Assembly (NCBI RefSeq): GCF_006345805.1
Contig: NC_043012.1
Coordinates: forward strand, 20,522,001 to 20,586,000
Direction of reading: 5' to 3'
Source: Octopus sinensis
Lineage: Eukaryota
DNA: 64,000 nucleotides
A program made the translations under genes and the position numbers. This document shows, piece after piece, positions 55,301-64,000 of the stretch. The number at the start of each line of letters is the position of its first letter. Position 1 is the first letter of the stretch. The notes beneath the pieces were generated by a model. That model saw only the letters and a list, made by a program, of their open reading frames with translations, was not told where the DNA came from and made no database searches.

Positions 55301-56430
55301 CAACAAAAATAGGACAAATAAACTAAAAATAGAACAAATAAACTAAAAATAGAACAAATAAACTAAAAATAGAACAGCAACTGAAAATAGGACAAATAAA
55401 CTAAAAATAAACAAAAAACAAAAATAGAATAAATAAACTAAAAAGGACAAATAAATTGAAAATAGAACAGCCAATAAAAATAGAACATAAACTAAAAATA
55501 GAACAGATAAACAAAAATAGAACAGCAACTAAAAATAGAACAAATAAACTAAAAATAGAACAAATAAACTAAAAATAGAACAAATAAACTAAAAATAGAA
55601 TAAATAAACTAAAAATAGGACAAATATAATAAAAATAGAACAGCAACTAAAAATAGAACAAATAAACTAAAATTAGAATAGCCACTAAAAATAGAACAAA
55701 TAAACTAAAAATAGAACAGCAACTAAAAATAGAACAAACAAACTATAAATAGAAGAAATAAACTAAAAATAGAACCAATAAACTAAAAATAGGAGAAATA
55801 AACTAAAAATAGAAAAATAAACTAAAAATAGAACAAATAACTAAAAATAGAAGAGCAACTAAAAATAGAACAAATAAACTAAAAATAGGACAAATAAACT
55901 AAAATTAGAACAAATAAACTAAAAATAGAACAGCAACTAAATCTAGAACAATTTAAACTAAAAATAGATTAGCAACTAAAAATAGAACAAATAAACTAAA
56001 AATAGAAGAGCAACTAAAAATAGAACAAATAAACTATAAATAGAACAGCAACTAAAAATAGAAGAAATAAACTAAAAATAGAACAAATAAACTAAAAATA
56101 GAACAAATAAACTAAAAATAGGAAAAATAAACTAAAAATAGAACAAATAAACTAAAAATGGAACAGCAACTAAAAATAGGATAAAGAAACTAAAAATAGA
56201 ACAAATAAACTAAAAATAGAACAGCAACTAAAATTAGAACAAATAAACTATAAATAGAACAAATAATCTAAGAATAGAACAGCAACTAAAAATAGGACAA
56301 ATAAACTAAAAATAGAACAAATAAACTAAATATTGAACAAATAAACTAAAAATAGAACAGCAACTAAAAATAGGACAAATAAACTTAAAAGAGAACAAAT
56401 AAACTAAAACTAGAACAAATAAACTAAAAA
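47288..56430 (-). repeat. Inverted satellite block, ~9.1 kb
   Basis: A-rich orientation from TTTTTTAT|AAAAATAGAAC (~47288) to AAACTAAAAA|CTATTTTTAG (56430). Confidence 0.95.
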
Positions 56431-57502
56431 CTATTTTTAGTTTATTTGTTCTATTTTTAGTTTATGTGTCCTATTTTTAGTTTATTTGTTCTATTTTTAG
56501 TTGCTGTTCTATTTTTAGTTTATTTGTTCTATTTTTAGTTGCTGTTCTCTTTTTAGTTCATTTGTTCTATTTTTAGTTGCTGTTCTATTTTCAGTTTATT
56601 TGTTCTATTTCTAGTTGCTGTTCTATTATTAGTTGCTGTTCTATTTTTAGTTTATTTGTTCTATTTTTAGTTGCTGTTCTATTTTTAGTTTATTTGTCCT
56701 ATTTTTAGCTGCTGTTCTATTTTTTGTTTATTTGTTCTATTTTTATTTTATTTGTCCTATTTTTAGTTGGTGTTCTATTTTCAATTTATTTGTTCTATTT
56801 TTAGTTGCTGTTCTATTTTTAGTTTATTTGTCCTATTTTTAGTTCCTCTTCTATTTTTAGTTTATTTGTCCTATTTTTAGTTGCTGTTCTATTTTTAGTT
56901 TATTTGTTCTTTTTTTAGTTGCTGTTCTATTTTTAGTTTATTTGTTCTACTTTTAGTTGCTGTTCTATTTTAATTTATTTGTCCTATATTTAGTTGCTGT
57001 TCTATTTTTAGTTTATTTGTCCTATTTTTAGTTGCTGTTCTATTTTTAGTTTATTTGTTCTATTTTTAGTTGCTGTTCTCTTTTTAGTTTATTTGTCCTA
57101 TTTTTAGTTGTTGTTCTATTTTTAGTTGCTGTTCTATTTTTAGTTTATTTGTTCTATTTTTAGTTGCTGTTCTATTTTTAGTTGCTGTTCTATTTTTAGT
57201 TGCTCTTCTATTTTTAGTTGCTGTTCTATTTTTAGTTTATTTGTTCTAATTTTAGTTGCTGTTCTATTTTTAGTTTATTTGTTCTATTTTTAGTTGCTGT
57301 TCTATTGTTAATTTATTTGTCTTATTTTTAGTTGCTGTTCTATTTTTAGTTTATTTGTTCTATTTTTAGTTGCTGTTCTATTTTTAGTTTAATTGTCCTA
57401 TTTAAATTGCTGTTCAATTTTTAGTTTATTTGTTCTATTTTTAGTTGCTCCTCTATTTTTAGTTTATTTGTCTTATTTTTAGTTGCTGTTCTATTTTTAG
57501 AA

Positions 57503-57650
57503 CATATATATATATAGCCATACTCACACACGGAATTACACACACAGACACACGCATTATGTAGATATATGTATATAGGTAGATAGATAGACACATGTAT
57601 ATGTGTGTGTGTATATATCTATATATATGTATATGTGTATTTATATTAGA

Positions 57651-57730
<80 letters not shown>

Positions 57731-57755
57731 ATGCGTTTATATATATATATATAAT
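57503..57755. repeat. Compound (TA)n/(TG)n/(CA)n microsatellite region
   Basis: Direct reading. Confidence 0.9.
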
Positions 57756-58294
57756 TGCTACAGAGAAATTATGTGTTAGATGCCATGCAACCGTCTAAGG
57801 GATAAATGTAAGGCCATTGTTTGTAATCATAGGGACTTATCTAGCAGTCTCAAATAGCGTTATTTGTTACGATTAATGATACTGGATATTACTACCAGGT
57901 ATATCTCTTTCGACTAACACCGCCTGTCAAATGGTAATTTTCCCCCACATAGTGCTCCAATCATCTAATTGAGGCAACTGTAAACATATGTGTCATGTTT
58001 TAAGGGCGCAAAATTGTAAGCCTAAAGACCTTACGAATCATTCCCTTTTTCTTTAATCTTTACAATTTTCCTTTTTTTTCTTTTTTATCCTGTCAACCTT
58101 CATTCTCCTCTCAATATTCCTCTGCTAAAGCTAAAATCATTCTGATGGTATTTGTTATATGGTACGAGATAAACGCAAGTTTACTTACAAAACACACAAA
58201 GAGAAAGAGCTGTAAATGTTATCTTAGCTATAATTAAACTATGATTATTCAATACTAATGATCAACTAATTGCTACCGGTTGCTCTATTTCGTC

Positions 58295-58326
58295 TCTTAC
58301 CATATATATATATGTATATATATATG

Positions 58327-58369
<43 letters not shown>

Positions 58370-58449
58370 CAAATGAAATAAATGAAAAACGGAACACAAA
58401 TGATATTGCGGTACATATGTTTCGAGCTTTATAGAACAACTTATTCTTA

Positions 58450-58490
<41 letters not shown>

Positions 58491-58628
58491 CATATACATA
58501 TAATAATATTAGGGTGTATAACTCCAAATATATATATGTATATACATATACATATATAAATACATATATATACATATATAAATGTATATATATATATATG
58601 TATGTATACATGTATATATATATATATA

Positions 58629-58706
<78 letters not shown>

Positions 58707-58710
58707 GTAA
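58295..58710. repeat. (TA)n and (CA)n microsatellite cluster with short unique spacers
   Basis: Direct reading. Confidence 0.9.
58488..58556 (+). repeat. 69-bp direct repeat, copy 1
   Basis: Identical to 59449-59517 (contains TAATAATATTAGGGTGTATAACTCCAAAT); offset 961. Confidence 0.93.
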
Positions 58711-59371
58711 TTACGAATGACTTTATGTATAGTATACAGTATATTAGCCTTAAAAATGTTAAGATAAACTCGACTGTCCTATTTTTGTTCCCAACCGTGA
58801 CCCTCTATAAATCGAAAATGTTCTTTTGGTCTCTATTGGACCAACTGTCTTCGAAGACTCATATTGTCGTTCCACGCTCGCAATGAGGGTAGATAGACAG
58901 CAGTCGACAACTGATAATGGCTTGTTCTTCAGATCTATGCACACACACATACATTTACAAACATACGTATAAATTTTGTTTCACGCTTACTTTCATTTTA
59001 TTCAATGAACAGAAATCTGCCTTTAGTTTCTTTTATTCATTATATTAATTTACCCAAATAATATTACCCATCATTCATCATTATTACTATTACTATTATT
59101 GAATTGAAATAAATGGAATAATTTTAATGCATGTGAACACACACACGTACACATATCCGCAAAGTAAACATAATTATATATTCTGTATATTTCGAAAGTA
59201 ATAGTCAGAACACTCTGATGAGGGTCCCTATAAGGTATTTAAACTGCAAAGATATATTTTTATGTTTTGTAATCTTAATCTTATTTGAGAATGAAACAAT
59301 TTTTGGTTAATATGCTGATTAATCAATAAATTAAGTTGCATCCATTTGATCTCTCTGTTTTTCAACTCTCT

Positions 59372-59446
<75 letters not shown>

Positions 59447-59448
59447 AC

Positions 59449-59517
59449 ATACATATACATATAATAATATTAGGGTGTATAACTCCAAATATATATATGT
59501 ATATACATATACATATA
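59449..59517 (+). repeat. 69-bp direct repeat, copy 2
   Basis: Identical to 58488-58556; ends exactly where the SINE begins. Confidence 0.93.
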
Positions 59518-59641
59518 GGCGCAGGAGTGGCTGTGTGGTAAGTAGCTTGCTAACCAACCACATGGTTCCGGGTTCAATCCCACTGCGTGGCATCTTGGGC
59601 AAGTGTCTTCTGCTATAACCCCGGGCCGACCAATGCCTTGT
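59518..59641 (+). mobile_element. tRNA-derived SINE, 5' half only (octopus-type, CORE-like)
   Basis: GGCGCAGGAGTGGCTGTGTGGTAAGTAGCTTGC...GGTTCAATCCC...TTGGGCAAGTGTCTTCT...GGGCCGACCAATGCCTTGT; homologous to 62920-63030. Confidence 0.88.
59528..59580 (+). promoter_or_regulatory. RNA polymerase III type-2 internal promoter (A and B boxes) of the SINE
   Basis: A-box-like TGGCTGTGTGG at 59528-59538; B-box-like GGTTCAATCC at 59571-59580. Confidence 0.75.
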
Positions 59642-60832
59642 CGGCTACAGTATAGTAGGGTCTGTTGGATACTGTCTGTGAGAAAAACAACACCATGACA
59701 CAAATACCTCGGCCAGAAATTTGGAAACGGCATGCTTGACTGCTTAGCATTCGCGCCGGAACCTCCACAACGAACATTTGATAATGTTTGGGTGTCAAGC
59801 TGCGGACAGAGCAGAAGATTCGAAAATACTTGGATAAGTCTAATGCTGATTATGAAGGCCTTGTGGGAAGATGAATGGAGGAATAACATCGTAGATTGGA
59901 TAATTCACCCTGATTGTTCCGTTAAGAAAAGGACTCCTAGATTTGTTGGTGAGATGCAAGCCATGATTGACAAAGATACCTCTAAGTCAATCAGGTTCAT
60001 CGCCAGGAGCATGGGAATTTGTGAGTTAGTTTCTTATCAGGCAGGTAGTGCATAAAAACATTCGGTATTCCTCATACAAGATGAGAAAGGGCTAAATTTT
60101 ATCCCAAGCCATGAAGGACAAGAGGAAAGACCGCACTCTGAAGCTTTTGAAGAAACTCAAGCATCCCCTCCAAACTAACATGTTGTAGAAAGAATTCAGA
60201 TGGTGAACACACAGAACAATCGTTGGTTTGCTGTGTCCCCGAGAGTCATGAAAACCAAACATCTATTCAAAATCGAGGTGTTTCGAGTGATCGCTAGTAA
60301 TGCAGTGATCACTAGTCATCATTTATGTTGGCGACGTTATGTCTCCATTCATCTTCCCGCAAGGACTCAGATTCAAAACGGAGGCCTATAACAAGTGCCT
60401 GGAAGTGATAGTGCTTCCCTGGGTTAAGAGAACACAGTTATGGCTGTCAGACAATTTCTGCGACCATATCACCCCTAACATCTGGCGACCTAACTCCCCA
60501 GAATGCAACCCTCTTGATTATCATATGGGATGCAGTTGAGCGAAAGACCAACAAAACTCATTGTAACATCAAAGATTAACTGAAAGCGAGGATTATGGCA
60601 GTATTCACCAACTTAAAAAGAGAGACTGTCCAGAAGAATTGTAGGAGATTCCGAAGAGGTCTGGGAGCCTTGGTTAAAGCGGAAAGTGATTCTATTGAAT
60701 AAATTTACTCTTTAGTATTTATAGCTAATTTTATTTAATTTTGGTAAATACGTATATTTGTTAAAATAAGATGTCTGTGTTATTTTCATTTTTGCGTAAT
60801 TTAGACAATTTATTAACTACCACATTCGTGTA
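59642..60832 (+). mobile_element. Decayed Tc1/mariner DNA transposon (maT/DD37D-like); left TIR not visible
   Basis: Internal transposase remnant. The right end near 60832 (…GTGTA) is approximate. Confidence 0.8.
59695..60702 (+). pseudogene. Mariner-type transposase pseudogene with stops, frameshifts and internal deletions
   Basis: Manual translation: MTQIPRPEIWKRHA*LLSIRAG...; MIDKDTSKSIRFIARSMG (HTH); QMVNTQNNRWFAVSP..MKTKH; PFIFPQGLRFKTEAY.KCLE; IWRPNSPECNPLDY (mariner-type SPDxNPLD motif). Stop TAA at 60700-60702. Confidence 0.85.
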
Positions 60833-62919
60833 GATGACGTGCCCGGTAATTCTCGATAAAGCGGGGCTTATCCCTTGGTTCAGTTCTCAAAATTGTTTCG
60901 CTAATCCAATAACAATAATAGAAAGTATGTAGGCCTTAAAACGTTTTTTCTGCATTTACAAAGAATACTGAACTGCCTTACACAGGATCTTGGTTTTAGG
61001 AATTCCCACTAAGTTATGAATACCCAAGCTGTGAAGTCAGTTATGTAATAACATGAAATTTGTTACCCGATAGTAAGAATTCAAATGAAGTAGCCCCGAA
61101 TAGGGGTTTAATGCATTCTCAGAGTATGTAGAAAATAGGAGGAAATAATAATAAGTTATGTATACTCAAATTGTGACGCACGTAACGTAATATCAGGCTA
61201 ATCAAATATGAGATAATAACAATTCAATGTAAATAACTCTGAAAAAGGACTTTTCTGCGTTCTTAGACAATATTAACCTCAAGGGCACTAGTGTCGGTAT
61301 ATTCGTGAATAAGTCACTAACTGAAATAAGTGGATCTATAGTTTAGGAAAATACTATTTACTTGTTTAAGGGCTGTACTGAATAAAATGTGAAAATAACT
61401 CTAACAGTTCAAATACTAAGAAATAAGCATACTCAATTTGATTTATACCAAATTATTTAAGAAAATGTATGGGTTATTTCGCTTGGCTATATATAAGGAT
61501 CCCTTCAAGGGATCCTATTATCAACTTTTTTCAACATCTGAGTATACCATGAGATTTCCACATACGAGTTCTACTCACGTGGGAAGTTTCATCGAAATCG
61601 ATAAGACTATGCAGGAAGAGTTAGTTAACAACTCCCCAAACACATCCACAGACAGAATTTCCCATATATATGTATGTATACTAAAACATCAGGATAATTA
61701 TTTTTATAAGAGACTCTCTATGGAAATTGATGATAGTTTATTGGATATTAATTTCAACGCAATTATGTTTTTGCATATTTGTGTGCAACAGTTTATATTA
61801 TAGAAAGTCATTAAGAAAATATGCATCCGATATTCAGTTTACGTAACTTTCTTTTTCATGTCTTACCGAGGCCAATATAAATTACTGCTTTATACTCGCA
61901 TATATCTCTGTTCACGACATAATGCGCACGAAAGCTTAAATGCACCATTGATACTTTTATATAATCCCACTAGATATTTCTTTAGTTTTAACTTTGTCAG
62001 AGATATTTCAAACCCCATTCTCTTTATATTGAAAGATTTAACACAAAGCAATCTGTGCATGTTTCCATAATGTAAAATTCATTCGAATTAAATTGTTCGT
62101 TCCAGATATATTTTTATAATTCAGTGAATTCATTCAAGTCTGCCCTTCTTTTCTATGATGTGAGCTCCAAGTTGAAACGGCAATTACTACGTAAAGTAAT
62201 TTTGATCTCCAACATTCTTTGGAATACAAAATAGAATAATTTACATAAGAGAGAACATATTATCTAGAGAATAAATGGGCATATGCAAGTGAAGAAAAAT
62301 AGAACAACTAAAAGTGGAGATTCTTTTTATAACATTTAAATCTCTGCAACGGAATAAAATCAATACGAGGTGGTATTAAGCTTTATTTCAAATTGATTGA
62401 AACCATGATATATTGTACAAAGAGGAGTAATGTGACCTAACATTTGGTTCGAAATAATTTCTATATATCATATATATAGGGAATAGTCTGCACTCACCGA
62501 ACCACAAATTAAAAAAAAAAAACATATATAATTTCAATTGGAATTTAAATTCCATCTATTTTGTACACGTGACGGGTAGATATACCGAAAGAGTTTTAAA
62601 TGCAGATCAGTGCATAAACTTAACTACATTTCTTTGTCAGTTCATTGGACAAGAACAGTGTAATTACGAAATTTATTTACACATAACTACACACTCACAT
62701 AGGAAATACATACACACATACCTATGAGATAGTTGTATATATACAAAGTAAACACACACACATATATGTAAATATACTTCGTCTCTCTCCCTCTCTCTCT
62801 CTCACTATATATATATATATATGTTTATATATATTTTGCACATTTGTTTTTTATACACCTGTCATCGTCTTTTGTTTTTTGTTTGTAAATTCTAACTATA
62901 TATATATACACATACACAC

Positions 62920-63369
62920 GTGTGGTAAGTAGCTTGCATACCAGCCACATGGTTCCAGCTTCAGTCCCACTAGGTGGCACCCTGGGCAAGTGTTTTCTAC
63001 TATAGCCTCGGGCCGACCAAAGCCCTGTGAGTGGAGTTTGTAGACGGAAACTGAAAGAAGCCCGTCGTATATGGATATATATACATATATATATGTTTGT
63101 GTGTGTGTGTGTGTGTGTGTGTGGTGTTAGTGTGTATGAGAGCGAGAGAGATTGTGTTCTGTGTTTCCACGCCACCCACCCACCATCGCTTGACAACCAA
63201 TGTCGGTGTGTTTATGTCCCCGTAACTTATCAGTTCGGCAAAAGACACCGATAGAAGAAGCACTACGCCTAAAAATAATAAGTCCTTCGGTCGATTTGTT
63301 CGACTAAACGCGATGCTCCAGCATGGCCGCAGTCAAATGACTGGAACAAAACAAAGAATAAAAGAATAA
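62920..63369 (+). mobile_element. Near-full-length tRNA-derived SINE (octopus-type) with internal (TA)/(TG) microsatellite and LINE-like 3' tail
   Basis: Head TGTGGTAAGTAGCTTGC...; central GGGCAAGTG...GTAGACGGAAACTGAAAGAAGCCCGTCG; tail CCAGCATGGCCGCAGTCAAATGACTG...AAAGAATAAAAGAATAA. Confidence 0.9.
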
Positions 63370-63549
63370 CATGTATATTTATGCGTTTGTGCCCCTGTGT
63401 ATGTGCCTATAGTTAAAGGTATGTCTATGGGATAAACGTCTTTTGCTTAGCAATGCCCTGGCTTCGGGTTCAATCTCACGCTAAATGTGTGGTACTATAT
63501 CTCCACGTCAAATAATGTTATGTGAATGAGTATGGGAAACGGAAACCCC

Positions 63550-64000
63550 GTACATACACACACATACATACATACACACATTCATACATCCATACGTCCG
63601 TCCATCCATCCATCCATCCATACATACATCTATACACACATACATCCATACATCCATACATCCATACATCCATCCATACATACATACAAACATCCATCCA
63701 TCTATCCATCCATCCATACATACATACATACATACATGCATACAAACATACAAACATCCATCCATCCATACATACAAACATACAAACATCCATACATACA
63801 TACATGCATGCATACATACATACAAACATACATACGTACATCTATGCATACATACATCCATACATCCATACATCCATCCATCCATCCATCCATCCATACA
63901 TCCATCCATTCATACATATATCCATCCATCCATCCATACATACATACGTCCATACATACATACATATATATATACCTTCATACATCCATACAAACATTGC
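63550..64000. repeat. Compound (CATA)n/(CATC)n tetranucleotide microsatellite
   Basis: Direct reading; explains the MDG/MYV-repeat ORFs at 63508-63965. Confidence 0.96.

Larger units (their letters stand above)
8441..57500. repeat. 49-kb composite satellite: units A (CTATTTTTAG-TTTATTTGTY, 20 bp), B (CTATTTTTAG-TTGCTGTT, 18 bp), C (CTATTTATAG-ATT, 13 bp), D (CTATTTATAG-CTT, 13 bp), plus (TTTA)n runs
   Basis: Direct reading throughout. First intact core at 8451-8460, last at 57491-57500. Strong strand asymmetry (unit A is 14/20 T). Confidence 0.99.

Noticed and set aside
8726-55528. F/L/V/Y-rich ORFs inside the satellite (8726, 12672, 12904, 39894, 53975, 54944, 55343)
   Set aside because: They are translations of the 18/20-bp units where variants remove the TAG stop. 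They start at non-ATG codons, are short, and only mimic membrane proteins because the strand is T-rich.
8441-57500. CRISPR-like or telomeric interpretation of the array
   Set aside because: There are no unique spacers or cas genes and the context is eukaryotic. There are no TTAGGG tracts, and ordinary sequence lies on both sides.
58410-58450. Minus-strand CGAAACATATGTA resembling a hammerhead stem III
   Set aside because: The upstream CUGANGA core is not recognisable.
58759-58950. Possible coding exon (63 aa, minus strand, preceded by an AG)
   Set aside because: Short, no recognisable homology, no supported partner exon.
59215-59255. CTGATGAG hammerhead-like core
   Set aside because: No downstream GAAA (reads TTTAAAC) and stem II does not pair; at best a relic.
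59518-59590. tRNA gene
   Set aside because: It has A/B boxes but continues into SINE body homologous to 62920-63030, so it is a SINE head rather than a tRNA gene.

Overview
Eukaryotic, AT-rich, repeat-dominated DNA with no intact host gene, rRNA, tRNA gene or CRISPR array. The SINE and mariner families resemble ones I recall from Octopus, so a cephalopod source is likely (inference). Layout: (1) 1-8.4 kb: a CR1-group LINE 3' end, a decayed full-length Tc1 transposon, microsatellites, and the 3' part of a Penelope-like retroelement (GIY-YIG endonuclease) followed by a near-identical 2 x 1398 bp tandem duplication. (2) 8,441-57,500: a 49-kb composite satellite of 20-, 18- and 13-bp units, with kb-scale higher-order repeats and six orientation switches. 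(3) 57.5-64 kb: microsatellites, two tRNA-derived SINE copies and a decayed mariner-type transposon. Most striking observation: all four satellite unit types are one 10-bp dyad core, CTA(A/T)4TAG (CTATTTTTAG or CTATTTATAG), plus a spacer of 10, 8 or 3 bp. That core is the canonical MEF2 (MADS-box) binding consensus, so the array is potentially a cluster of roughly 2,000-2,600 MEF2 sites (estimated from length, not counted). Function is untested. Nearly all ORFs in the supplied track are artefacts of simple repeats, and parts of the array look like poorly polished long-read sequence.
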